This document shows positions 1 through 8,606 of a stretch of 33,213 nucleotides of DNA, one piece after another. Every line of letters begins with the position of its first letter. Within the stretch, counting starts at the first letter, position 1. The notes beneath the pieces were generated by a model that made no database searches, had not been told where the DNA came from, and saw nothing but the letters and a program-made list of their open reading frames with translations. The position numbers and the translations under genes are program-made. Source of the DNA: a virus (lineage: Duplodnaviria; Heunggongvirae; Uroviricota; Caudoviricetes). Where the stretch lies: IMG/VR virus record IMGVR_UViG_3300028048_000100, positions 1 to 33,213 of that record. One strand, given 5' to 3'.

Positions 1-2
1 AA

Positions 3-161
3 CTATGGATAAGTGATGATGAGCGCAATGAATTTGAAGAAAAGATAGTGGGCAATAAAATCATCAGTGAATTTAGAGATTTTTATATCGGTTCACGCAT
101 GACATATATAGGATATGTAAAACCTACATATAGCGTGTCCTATCTATCAAAACGCAAATGA
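3..161 (+). CDS. Hypothetical protein, 5'-truncated (C-terminal 52 aa)
   Basis: Open frame from the window start (LWISDDERNEF...YLSKRK) to TGA 159-161, which overlaps the next ATG (ATGA). Confidence 0.6.
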   Translation, partial: LWISDDERNEFEEKIVGNKIISEFRDFYIGSRMTYIGYVKPTYSVSYLSKRK

Positions 162-253
162 AAATCAATCAAGACATAATGCAAAATGTGATCATGGTGC
201 TCTATATAAGCACTATGGTCTTGTTTGTGCTAGGTTTGTTATTAGGTTATTAA
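158..253 (+). CDS. Small membrane peptide (31 aa), not in ORF track
   Basis: MKINQDIMQNVIMVLYISTMVLFVLGLLLGY; ATGA coupling to the upstream ORF, fills the gap to the next gene, hydrophobic C-terminal half. Confidence 0.55.
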   Translation: MKINQDIMQNVIMVLYISTMVLFVLGLLLGY

Positions 254-257
254 ACAT

Positions 258-662
258 ATGAAACGATATCCACCGTCTGAAAAATCAACTTTTGCTTACT
301 GGTTTGCTCATTGGAGAGCCTTCAATAAAACCGCATGGAGACTGGGCGTATGGAGGCCCAAATATCTCTTCCATGACATCGAAAAGCCTTTCTTGATGTG
401 GCTATGGAAGGACTATCCGCGTGTGCAGAAATGGCATCGCACTCATAACTCACATCACTGGGAATATAATGATTGTAAAGGTCCTCATGACTGGTTGGCT
501 ATGGTTATTGATTGGGAGTGTTCACCAATGACTAAAGAAGCATGTCCATGGGGTGCTCGGGATAAATTCAACCACGAGATTGAGGAATATGGGATGACTA
601 GCAACTACGGCGCGTCCCTATGTATCAATATGCATCCGATATTGGAAAAACTAGGTTTGTAA
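258..662 (+). CDS. HD-like metal-dependent phosphohydrolase (short DUF5662-like)
   Basis: H(18)...FHDIEK...HRTHNSHHWEY...MVIDWE pattern parallels the HDLSK / NPHHYEYW / ICDW pattern of the 15449 ORF. Confidence 0.55.
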   Translation: MKRYPPSEKSTFAYWFAHWRAFNKTAWRLGVWRPKYLFHDIEKPFLMWLWKDYPRVQKWHRTHNSHHWEYNDCKGPHDWLAMVIDWECSPMTKEACPWGARDKFNHEIEEYGMTSNYGASLCINMHPILEKLGL

Positions 663-664
663 TT

Positions 665-880
665 ATGGATCCGAGTAAGTATAGGCGAGTAGATGAGTTA
701 AGTCATGAAGAACTCAATGAATTACGTCAAGCAATGTTCTGTGCTATCTCGGATGTGGATGGCGAAGAAGGAAATTGTCCCTACCACAATGCAGATGAAA
801 TACCGGATGAAGAAGTCATTAAAAACTACTCGAATGAGTTTTTCAATATAGATGACTTCACATGCAACCAATATAAATAA
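665..880 (+). CDS. Hypothetical acidic protein (71 aa)
   Basis: ATG 665 lies just after the previous stop; tight packing. Confidence 0.6.
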   Translation: MDPSKYRRVDELSHEELNELRQAMFCAISDVDGEEGNCPYHNADEIPDEEVIKNYSNEFFNIDDFTCNQYK

Positions 881-890
881 ACTAGATTCA

Positions 891-1916
891 ATGAAAATAC
901 TTATATCAGATACGCATTTTGGATGCCGTCAGAACTCTCCTACATGGCTTGACTCCCAGATGAAATTCTTCGACGAACAGCTTATACCGTTCATTCAACA
1001 ACAGAAGAAGAGTGGTGAGAGGGTATATCTATACCATCTCGGAGATGTGTTTGATTCCCGTGCATCTGTTAATCTATTTGTAGCGGATCGCGTCAAACGC
1101 TTATTCGGCCGTCTCAAGCATATATGTGACAGAGTCATCATCATCGGAGGTAATCATGACTATTACTCACCGACTGAGAATGATGATAATGTGAACTCAT
1201 TGCGCCTTATTCTTGGTGATTTAGAAGATGATTACCACAATTTTGTCATTGTCGATAGGGAAAACTATGAGCGAACTGACGAACGCGAGATATTCATCCC
1301 ATGGTTTCGTTACTATGACTTTGATGATTTAGTCAACGAACTTCATAATGGCAAGTATAATGAGAAAAATTTTGATCGCATATTCATTCATAACGATCTA
1401 ACGGTTACTCTAGAAAATCGTTACCGGGAATTGTTTAGGGATTATGAGGTATTTTCCGGTCACATACATACCCCGAAGCACGTTAGCAACCTCCATACTC
1501 TCGGTTCGGTATTTGCACTAACATTTGCGGATGCAAACCAGAGACGTGGGTTTTACACTATGAATGATGATGGGTCCGACTTCAAATTCCATGCGAATGA
1601 GTGTTCGATCAAATTCTGGCGCTGGTATAATGGGGATATATTCGGCAATTACCCTGCAGATCGCAACGACTATGTAGAGTTGTACATCAGTCAGGATAAT
1701 ATGTCAAAGGATAGTTACATACAACGAATGCGTGAGCTGTCACAACGCTATCCAAATATGAACATCCTCCCGATTACATCTTATCACTTTGATGATGGGT
1801 CCTCTACTGATTTCGAGAGGTATGACATACAAGACATATGCGCACAGAATATCCCAGACACCCTAAAAGAGAAGTTCGACAAGATATCATCAGAGGACTA
1901 TGGAAAAGAAAATTGA
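891..1916 (+). CDS. Recombination endonuclease subunit, T4 gp47 / Mre11-SbcD-like metallophosphoesterase
   Basis: Motifs ISDTHFG, LGDVFD, GGNHD, SGHIH, LGS; start moved to ATG 891 (MKILISD). Confidence 0.88.
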   Translation: MKILISDTHFGCRQNSPTWLDSQMKFFDEQLIPFIQQQKKSGERVYLYHLGDVFDSRASVNLFVADRVKRLFGRLKHICDRVIIIGGNHDYYSPTENDDNVNSLRLILGDLEDDYHNFVIVDRENYERTDEREIFIPWFRYYDFDDLVNELHNGKYNEKNFDRIFIHNDLTVTLENRYRELFRDYEVFSGHIHTPKHVSNLHTLGSVFALTFADANQRRGFYTMNDDGSDFKFHANECSIKFWRWYNGDIFGNYPADRNDYVELYISQDNMSKDSYIQRMRELSQRYPNMNILPITSYHFDDGSSTDFERYDIQDICAQNIPDTLKEKFDKISSEDYGKEN

Positions 1917-1920
1917 TTTA

Positions 1921-1973
1921 AAGAGATCAAACCGTGTAAGGTTATTAACTATATATTTACACTGAGATCTCTT
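1921..1973. terminator. Long interrupted hairpin between convergent genes (likely bidirectional terminator)
   Basis: AAGAGATC (1921-1928)/GATCTCTT (1966-1973) plus inner GTGTAA (1934-1939)/TTACAC (1957-1962). Confidence 0.55.
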
Positions 1974-1996
1974 GTTAAATCGCAAATAAACGCGCC

Positions 1997-2254
1997 TTAT
2001 GTAAACCTTTCACAGATACTGATGATGTCGTTTTTCTGTGTTAGGCCGATTTTGCGCTCGACGAGCTTATCATCGTCATAGAATAGCAGGGTAGGAACGT
2101 TAGTCACTCCACACTCTTCAGCGCGTGCTTCTTCTTCATCGACATTGACGAACTCAACGTCATATCCTTTTTCCCTTATAAGCTCTTCTAAGATCTTGTC
2201 CTGGAGCTTACATGGACCACACCAAGGTGCTCCAAACTTAACAATCTTTACCAT
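1997..2254 (-). CDS. trxA: Thioredoxin
   Basis: WCGPC active site, cis-Pro motif VPTL, 85 aa. Confidence 0.92.
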   Translation of the reverse strand: MVKIVKFGAPWCGPCKLQDKILEELIREKGYDVEFVNVDEEEARAEECGVTNVPTLLFYDDDKLVERKIGLTQKNDIISICERFT

Positions 2255-2255
2255 G

Positions 2256-2495
2256 TTAACTTATAAATTTGTCTCCCAGCCAACCGATGAAACCTAGGAA
2301 TAGTGCAAATATAAGATATAGTACTACTGCGATTACAATGAGTGGACTGAAGATGATGAACAGCAACACCTCAAAGAACACCCAAATGCTCACATCACAT
2401 GCATATAATATAGCAACCGGAATGTAAATGATTGCCGCGATCACTAACGAAACTATCAATAGTGATACCAAGAAGATCAATGCTAATGTTTCCAT
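2256..2495 (-). CDS. Small membrane protein (2-3 TM)
   Basis: Almost entirely hydrophobic, 79 aa. Confidence 0.7.
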   Translation of the reverse strand: METLALIFLVSLLIVSLVIAAIIYIPVAILYACDVSIWVFFEVLLFIIFSPLIVIAVVLYLIFALFLGFIGWLGDKFIS

Positions 2496-2510
2496 GAATC
2501 AATAATAAGT

Positions 2511-3050
2511 TTAATAAAACGCAGAATAGTTCTCAAAACCTACTATGTCTAGAACCCACGAACAGTTGTGAGTCACTTGCTTGATGTTAGCGATCTGCTT
2601 GTCGGACCAGTCATACTTATCCAAGTCCTTCAGGTCTATCCACTTGACTTCCGCCACTTCGTCCTTCTCCGCGACGTGATCCATGGATAACTCCCAATCT
2701 TTCGTCGCGGTCTTTGGGAAGATAGCCGAATGCATAGCTACCATAGTCTGACGCTTACCTCGAGGAGTAGTATCGAGGAACTGAAAATTGACGTGTTCTA
2801 CTGGGATAGAAACACCAGTCTCTTCAAACGCCTCGCGTATAGCGCATTGCTTGGAGTCCTCATCGAAATCTATGAATCCACCTGGAATGTTCCACTTACC
2901 CTTATTGTACTCACAACCCTGTCCACGACGCGCAGCTAGCACCTCAATAGTGTTATACGCCGAGTCGTATCGTAGGATTACCAAGCCGCAAGCAAGTGAA
3001 CGACTATACCAGAGCTTCTTGCCCTCGTGTTCAAATTCAAAATTTTTCAT
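2511..3050 (-). CDS. Nudix hydrolase
   Basis: Canonical Nudix box GFIDFDEDSKQCAIREAFEETGV (GX5EX7REUXEEXGU). Confidence 0.92.
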   Translation of the reverse strand: MKNFEFEHEGKKLWYSRSLACGLVILRYDSAYNTIEVLAARRGQGCEYNKGKWNIPGGFIDFDEDSKQCAIREAFEETGVSIPVEHVNFQFLDTTPRGKRQTMVAMHSAIFPKTATKDWELSMDHVAEKDEVAEVKWIDLKDLDKYDWSDKQIANIKQVTHNCSWVLDIVGFENYSAFY

Positions 3051-3412
3051 ATATCTTCTTCAAAATAATCGTAAAGACACGCGTGAACAAACGGGCCCCA
3101 CATTGGTGTGAATGATAGAAATCGGCCATCATGAGAGGGATCAGAGCAATCCTCAAACACACCTTCGTCGTACCACATAACATCATCGCGATGTGAGAAA
3201 ATCCTCCAAACGAACATTTCACTACGTTCGGTACCAACAAGTAGAGTGGCTAGTACCAAGATAATCAGGAACGACGGGAATAGTGTGATCCAACAAATGA
3301 GTACTGATACTACATACGTTGGCCACAGTATGATTTCGGATATCAAAAATATCATCCTGCGAACGAATGATATCCCAATCGCTTTCAATTCTTGTTTGTC
3401 TTCTGCTGTCAT
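3047..3412 (-). CDS. Membrane protein
   Basis: Hydrophobic N-terminal half; ATGA overlap with the Nudix gene. Confidence 0.7.
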   Translation of the reverse strand: MTAEDKQELKAIGISFVRRMIFLISEIILWPTYVVSVLICWITLFPSFLIILVLATLLVGTERSEMFVWRIFSHRDDVMWYDEGVFEDCSDPSHDGRFLSFTPMWGPFVHACLYDYFEEDI

Positions 3413-3690
3413 AATGTTAATTTATTTGTTACAATGAATACTGTGATTTCCGACTCTTCACCAGTGTACGTCTTGACCTCTTGGAGTTTTGGCAGGAGTT
3501 TATCTGCCTCCTGAATGGTCTTGTACTCTACATATAGAGTTATATAGAACGGATTTTCAGACTCAGATACGACTAGTGCATTTTCTAGTCCCGATGCAGC
3601 CAACTTACGATACAGGAGTTGTCTTTTGATTTCGACGTTGTCTGCATTATCCTTTATGGCTGGTTTGATGTTAATAACGTAACTATACAT
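3409..3690 (-). CDS. Hypothetical protein
   Basis: Coupled overlaps on both sides. Confidence 0.65.
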   Translation of the reverse strand: MYSYVINIKPAIKDNADNVEIKRQLLYRKLAASGLENALVVSESENPFYITLYVEYKTIQEADKLLPKLQEVKTYTGEESEITVFIVTNKLTL

Positions 3691-4156
3691 TGTTGGCCCT
3701 TATATATTTCTCTAAGAAAACCTTCGAACCCTCTTTTTCAAACACCCTCGCCTGCTCTATGCATTGTGCCACATCCTCTTGGGTGATGCCAGCTCTAAAC
3801 AAAACATCAGCAATAAGGTACTTATAATACACCAGCATGATTCGATCATGGTTGTGATAAATTGCCACGTCTCCATCATGGAAGACTAGTGCATAATATC
3901 CTGTCATTTTGTCTCTCTCATACTTCTCGGCGACTCCTGTCATTACGAAGTACGGATTAGAATAGATAGGGAGTGCATTACCATCTTTCAGGTACTGAAT
4001 AACATCCATGTAGAAATTGTAGATGGGTTTATTACATTCCTTCACGTACCGTATTTGACTTTTGAGGTTTGGAAAGAAGATGGATAGTTGCTGGTATGTA
4101 AGTACGATGATCATCACTACCAGCGTAGATAGCATAATTATTGAAAACGAACTCAT
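3683..4156 (-). CDS. Hypothetical protein with N-terminal TM anchor
   Basis: Hydrophobic aa 4-27; ends in TAG. Confidence 0.7.
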   Translation of the reverse strand: MSSFSIIMLSTLVVMIIVLTYQQLSIFFPNLKSQIRYVKECNKPIYNFYMDVIQYLKDGNALPIYSNPYFVMTGVAEKYERDKMTGYYALVFHDGDVAIYHNHDRIMLVYYKYLIADVLFRAGITQEDVAQCIEQARVFEKEGSKVFLEKYIRANNV

Positions 4157-4297
4157 ATTGTTGTTAATTTGGCATTACACACTCACGAACGACATGATAT
4201 CCGCGTCGTTCATATGACCTGGCGACTGATTCGACATAAGTCTCCGCTACAAATCTCCCGTCGTATGAGATAATATATTTAAAACTTGGCATAGTAT

Positions 4298-4489
4298 TTA
4301 GTCAATTAGTTCCAGTTGATCCTCGGTGAATTTATTCTGGAATCCTTCATCGGTGCTTACAGCCCATCCATAACGATCCTTATAGCAAATAGTACCAGTT
4401 TTTCCGAGATATAGATTCCGGAATCCGTTGTAGTTCTCTACTTCAATCTTTACGATACGCACGCGAGCGCCTGGTTTGAACTCTTTCAT
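4298..4489 (-). CDS. Small SH3/KOW-like beta-barrel protein
   Basis: FKPGARVRIV...GKTGTI...FTEDQLEL pattern. Confidence 0.6.
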   Translation of the reverse strand: MKEFKPGARVRIVKIEVENYNGFRNLYLGKTGTICYKDRYGWAVSTDEGFQNKFTEDQLELID

Positions 4490-4692
4490 AACTCCATACG
4501 AATTACTGCCTGCACTGTGCGCCTCTCTACACTTTGAGCAAATTGGTAATCAAATGCCTTTCTCATAGTGAGAGGTATATCAGCGTACTCGTCGAAATCA
4601 TCGGGTACAACAGCGAAACGGTAAATGTCTCGCTGTATCTTGCACATCCGATTATATTCAGTCTGCCTTAGTAAGGTTAGAGTCGCTGCCAT
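4486..4692 (-). CDS. Hypothetical protein
   Basis: ATGA coupling; tight packing. Confidence 0.6.
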   Translation of the reverse strand: MAATLTLLRQTEYNRMCKIQRDIYRFAVVPDDFDEYADIPLTMRKAFDYQFAQSVERRTVQAVIRMEL

Positions 4693-4693
4693 A

Positions 4694-5269
4694 TTAGCAT
4701 CCTCCCATTCCTACTGTGTTAAACGGCATGTCAATCGGCTGGTTCTTACTCAAGCCGAGACGCCACTTAACTATCTCTGCCACTATACCACCTTCGGCGT
4801 TCTTAACTACGTCCTTGAGGCGCTTGATGAGCAATCCCATAGACTTTGGGGACTTCTCAATATCTTCGATCTTGTCAAACGCTTCGTTGATCTCAGAATA
4901 GGTAGCCGGACGCGGTATATACTCCTGGAGAACATTAACGCGGTCAACCTCTTCACGGAACATCTCGTGTTGATGCTCTAATTCCTGTTGGAGCTTAGGC
5001 ATTTCGTCGTGATCTGCCTTGGATGCCTTATCCTCAAGTGTGTGGATACGATTTGCATAAACAGCTGCGTTCTCCTGGCACTTAGTACACATGTCCTTGA
5101 GGATCTTGAGTTCTACCTCTTCGGTATACACAGCCTTCTTGAGATAGTTCTCCTTGCTGTTGTGCCAGGCAACGAGTTCTGCCTTGATCTCCCGAAGGAC
5201 CTTCTTTTTCTTTTCATCTCGAGCCTTCATAGCGTCTAAGATGAGTTGGTCAATCTTGTCGTATAACAT
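4694..5269 (-). CDS. GatB/YqeY domain protein
   Basis: N-terminus LYDKIDQLILDAMKARD...LREIKAEL and C-terminal YIPR...SMGLLIKRLK...AEGGIV match the YqeY pattern; central coiled-coil insertion. Confidence 0.8.
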   Translation of the reverse strand: MLYDKIDQLILDAMKARDEKKKKVLREIKAELVAWHNSKENYLKKAVYTEEVELKILKDMCTKCQENAAVYANRIHTLEDKASKADHDEMPKLQQELEHQHEMFREEVDRVNVLQEYIPRPATYSEINEAFDKIEDIEKSPKSMGLLIKRLKDVVKNAEGGIVAEIVKWRLGLSKNQPIDMPFNTVGMGGC

Positions 5270-5271
5270 TG

Positions 5272-6000
5272 TTATTCTTCTTTTGGTTTCTTGGATAATT
5301 CAATTTCGTAATTAGTTACTTTCTCGAAGTACTCACGAGCGGTTGTATACTCATTGTGTTGAACATCAAACACTCTATGCTTGATCTCTGGATGATAATC
5401 TGCACCAAGTGCAGTTAGGATGCTGTGTGTGATGACAATGACTGATGCATTTGGGAAATGGTCAAATACAAGGTGATTGATAATGAATGACAGACGAATC
5501 TGTGCTCTCATATCCAAACCGTCGTCCAACTCGTCCATTACAAATAGCATACGGTCTTCACAATGATCTCCACACATCTGTACGGCATCGGATATCAAAC
5601 GGCAAATCATATCAACTCGATTGCGACCGTTATTGCGATGTTCTGCTCTTAATCCACCACCAGAGACATAACTAAATGCAGTAGCTGCGTTGATGAAACT
5701 GTTAGGATTATCCGCAACAGTATCTCGATAGAATGCTTTATCGAACCCAAAGTCTTCAATCACAGCACTACCTTTCACATCGAGTATGTGTGTCAGGAGG
5801 GCAATTTCTCTCATTCCATCAGTGCGTTTTTTGTCCCTCTCCCTCAATGAGTCGAGATGAGTGCGCATAGCGAACATAAGAGTCGATTTACCACATCCAT
5901 TCTCGCCAACCATGAATGTTATCTCACCTGGCTGTGGATCGATGTTATATTCAGCTCCGGATTTGAAGCAACGGAAGTCTCGTGTAATCTTGATCTTCAT
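5272..6000 (-). CDS. Stand-alone ABC-family ATPase (no coiled coil, no TM)
   Basis: Walker A GENGCGKST, Walker B/D-loop FVMDELDDGLD, H-loop VITHS; signature degenerate (NNGRN). Confidence 0.85.
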   Translation of the reverse strand: MKIKITRDFRCFKSGAEYNIDPQPGEITFMVGENGCGKSTLMFAMRTHLDSLRERDKKRTDGMREIALLTHILDVKGSAVIEDFGFDKAFYRDTVADNPNSFINAATAFSYVSGGGLRAEHRNNGRNRVDMICRLISDAVQMCGDHCEDRMLFVMDELDDGLDMRAQIRLSFIINHLVFDHFPNASVIVITHSILTALGADYHPEIKHRVFDVQHNEYTTAREYFEKVTNYEIELSKKPKEE

Positions 6001-6002
6001 GA

Positions 6003-6257
6003 TTAGAGATGTTTAATGATACTGGGTATGCTCTTAATGAAATCCCAGAAGCCTAAGATAAGAGTATCCCATACATGTTTACATAACCACACCATAGCGA
6101 TGATTGTGTAAATCACGAAAGTAAAAGGCCATAAAATAATTCGAGCGATAACCGAACGATTGGTTATGTCAGCATCAAACCCACAAGCTGCTGCCATGAA
6201 CACAAGCGCAGTCATGAGTATATATATTATCGTATAACCTGTAATTAGTGATGCCAT
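6003..6257 (-). CDS. Small membrane protein
   Basis: Two hydrophobic segments, IILWP motif. Confidence 0.7.
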   Translation of the reverse strand: MASLITGYTIIYILMTALVFMAAACGFDADITNRSVIARIILWPFTFVIYTIIAMVWLCKHVWDTLILGFWDFIKSIPSIIKHL

Positions 6258-6258
6258 A

Positions 6259-6417
6259 TTATATGTGTTTTAGTTTCTTATTTAAATAATGTTTTCGCTG
6301 GCTTTGCCATTTCTTAGGATCTCGCCAATATAATTTTCGCATCAGGCGTTCCATTATGCGACGATCGATGGAATCTGAAAGATCTTTCGTACATTGTTCC
6401 ATCCAAACATCAAACAT
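6259..6417 (-). CDS. Small basic hypothetical protein (52 aa)
   Basis: Start reassigned to ATG 6417 (MFDVWMEQ), overlapping the stop of the upstream small ORF. Confidence 0.55.
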   Translation of the reverse strand: MFDVWMEQCTKDLSDSIDRRIMERLMRKLYWRDPKKWQSQRKHYLNKKLKHI

Positions 6418-6550
6418 TCCCATGGCGTATACGCATTGATAAATAGTGATTCCGGCGTGCAATTAACTTACCTGTGTTAGGCCAGTTGAACCACATATGC
6501 CGAACCAATACTTTGCCTAAATAATCCAAGTCTTTTTCATATTGAGACAT
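6410..6550 (-). CDS. Small hypothetical protein (46 aa), not in ORF track
   Basis: MSQYEKDLDYLGKVLVRHMWFNWPNTGKLIARRNHYLSMRIRHGNV; fills the gap between neighbours. Confidence 0.5.
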   Translation of the reverse strand: MSQYEKDLDYLGKVLVRHMWFNWPNTGKLIARRNHYLSMRIRHGNV

Positions 6551-6561
6551 ATGTGCATTAG

Positions 6562-6744
6562 TTACAATACCTCGAACTCTGAAGCGTTCACAGTGCCGCG
6601 ACAGTAGAAAATCTCGCCATCAGATTCCTGTTTGCGGACCTTGATAGCATACAGCTGCTCGCCGTTGTGTTTGAACTCACTCGTGATTTCTGCTTCATAA
6701 CCTGCATACAGGCCATGAGTAACTTTGATTCGTTTTCCAGTCAT
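6562..6744 (-). CDS. Small KOW/SH3-like protein
   Basis: GKRIKVTHGLYAGYEAEI resembles a KOW motif; first gene after a promoter motif. Confidence 0.6.
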   Translation of the reverse strand: MTGKRIKVTHGLYAGYEAEITSEFKHNGEQLYAIKVRKQESDGEIFYCRGTVNASEFEVL

Positions 6745-6768
6745 AATCTAATATATTTAAATTGTTAC

Positions 6769-6801
6769 ATATCTAAATACAAAGAAATGAGAAATCTTTA
6801 G
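6769..6801 (-). promoter_or_regulatory. Phage promoter motif copy 1
   Basis: CTAAA-GATTTCTCATTTCTTTG(17)-TATTTAGATAT, intergenic, no hairpin. Confidence 0.75.
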
Positions 6802-6805
6802 TGTT

Positions 6806-7189
6806 TTATAGTTCGTCTTTGTATTTTTCTTGAAGGCGTTTCAGTTCGGAGAGCTCACGTTTACGCACTGCGTCTTTCTTTTTCTGTTCGGCCTGCTCGC
6901 GCTTCTCACGAATCTCATCGTTGATACAACGCACTTTGTGATACAGCGCCTCATCAGACATAGTGAGGTAGTGAATCGGGAACTCGCAACTGATAGTGTC
7001 GCCGTAGCCGTTACCACACACTTTGTCACCTTCAATCCACCAACGAGTACATTCACCAGCATACTCATAATCGGTGTAGTTCGAGTTGGCATCGTAGTTC
7101 ACTTCGGCAATGATTTTGCCTACTCGTTCACACTCTGCTTGGAACTCAGGATACAGACCCTGCAGTTCGAGTACTTTTTCTTGTGTCAT
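6806..7189 (-). CDS. Hypothetical protein with C-terminal charged helix
   Basis: ORF track; ends ...ELSELKRLQEKY. Confidence 0.75.
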   Translation of the reverse strand: MTQEKVLELQGLYPEFQAECERVGKIIAEVNYDANSNYTDYEYAGECTRWWIEGDKVCGNGYGDTISCEFPIHYLTMSDEALYHKVRCINDEIREKREQAEQKKKDAVRKRELSELKRLQEKYKDEL

Positions 7190-7764
7190 TTTTTATTACA
7201 GTATTTACGTGCCATTTCCATTGCGTATGATTTGATGCTCCAGGATGTGCGACCGTACTCATCGCGAACCTGAGTATCACCTATATATACCTCCCATCTA
7301 CCTTCCGAGTTCTGCACGCATCGTGCTGAATCGAAGTCATACTTGCTGGGATAGATTAACTCTTCTTTCCAGACCTCATCAATGACCTGCATAGGATTCT
7401 TATCGTTCGAAACGAAGTATGTGAGGTTATTGGATAGGTACAACGTTCTACCTTCTCGTTGCAGTTTGAACCTATCCTGGAGTGTTCGTTGCTCAAGGCT
7501 ATTAGCGGCTTCCAGCCAGGATTGATTTTTCATGCGTTCTTCCATCTCTACAGCTATTCGCCATGGGCTAGATGGATGGTTAAGCATTATCTCGGGTTTA
7601 GACGGGTCGTTTATACCTTTGATAACATGAGTGCCTTCTTTGCGATCTTCAAAACCCAGTTTAAACTCTCGAGCCATAACCTTATTGAAATGGTCGAGAA
7701 CGTCCTGCTCAGTGTGAGGTTTTAAATACCAGGTGCGGTTATCTAACAATACAAAGTGATACAT
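7186..7764 (-). CDS. Hypothetical protein
   Basis: 192 aa, coupled. Confidence 0.75.
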   Translation of the reverse strand: MYHFVLLDNRTWYLKPHTEQDVLDHFNKVMAREFKLGFEDRKEGTHVIKGINDPSKPEIMLNHPSSPWRIAVEMEERMKNQSWLEAANSLEQRTLQDRFKLQREGRTLYLSNNLTYFVSNDKNPMQVIDEVWKEELIYPSKYDFDSARCVQNSEGRWEVYIGDTQVRDEYGRTSWSIKSYAMEMARKYCNKK

Positions 7765-7765
7765 A

Positions 7766-8143
7766 TCAGTGATCGATTTTACCTTCTTCTAATAGTTTGT
7801 CGTGCTCCCTGCACATCTGGTTATAACTTGAATTAGGGTCGTACATGTCTCGAACTGCACCCTCTGCCACATTCCGAAGCTTGCTGTGATAATTAGGGTC
7901 GTCATAAGGAACACAATCACAGAGTATTTCCATAGCGTGCTGCACTTCCATCTCGAACTCGTCTCCTACAGGGAACAATGCCCGAACTCGAACACCCCCG
8001 TCTTTCTTGAGTTTGTTCTTAATGGTGTCAAACAACTTATCAGCCGCCTCTTGTGCTTCTTTTTCAGTCTTGTAGTAGCTCTGATTATAAAGCCCCCAGA
8101 TGCCAGGTTCTAGACTGAGCTCTATGATGTATACAATTGTCAT
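7766..8143 (-). CDS. Hypothetical protein
   Basis: 125 aa, tight packing. Confidence 0.7.
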   Translation of the reverse strand: MTIVYIIELSLEPGIWGLYNQSYYKTEKEAQEAADKLFDTIKNKLKKDGGVRVRALFPVGDEFEMEVQHAMEILCDCVPYDDPNYHSKLRNVAEGAVRDMYDPNSSYNQMCREHDKLLEEGKIDH

Positions 8144-8145
8144 GT

Positions 8146-8403
8146 TTACTTTAGATTATACTTGTCAATGTTTTCCAATGTCAGATCCTGAGACTTACCG
8201 AGCATATAGTCCATGCCCATATGGAATAGCTCAACAAATGTAGCATAGTCCAGCATATCCATCTTGAAGATAGGACGGCCTGTCTTTTCATCAAATTCAC
8301 ATATACCTCGACTTCGGATCGGTGCAAAGTCTGTAGCATTTAGATAAGCCAATACGAAATAGTACGCATCGCTCATCACAATCTTATCTTTAATCGCTTT
8401 CAT
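8146..8403 (-). CDS. Hypothetical protein
   Basis: 85 aa, coupled. Confidence 0.65.
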   Translation of the reverse strand: MKAIKDKIVMSDAYYFVLAYLNATDFAPIRSRGICEFDEKTGRPIFKMDMLDYATFVELFHMGMDYMLGKSQDLTLENIDKYNLK

Positions 8404-8606
8404 AGTTTAATATAGTGAATAAAACCATTTTCTAACACTATACGGAGTACCTTATCTGTATTTTGTACAGTAACACCATTATCGTAGTATGCCTTAGTGG
8501 GACAGTGTGCTCCTGTCATCTCATTAGTTGCTTTAACCAGGACACCTCTATACAGATCTCCAGGTTTAAGTCGTCTAACTTCTCCTATGCGTTGTCTATG
8601 TCTCAT
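8400..8606 (-). CDS. Hypothetical protein
   Basis: 68 aa, ATGA overlaps on both sides. Confidence 0.6.
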   Translation of the reverse strand: MRHRQRIGEVRRLKPGDLYRGVLVKATNEMTGAHCPTKAYYDNGVTVQNTDKVLRIVLENGFIHYIKL

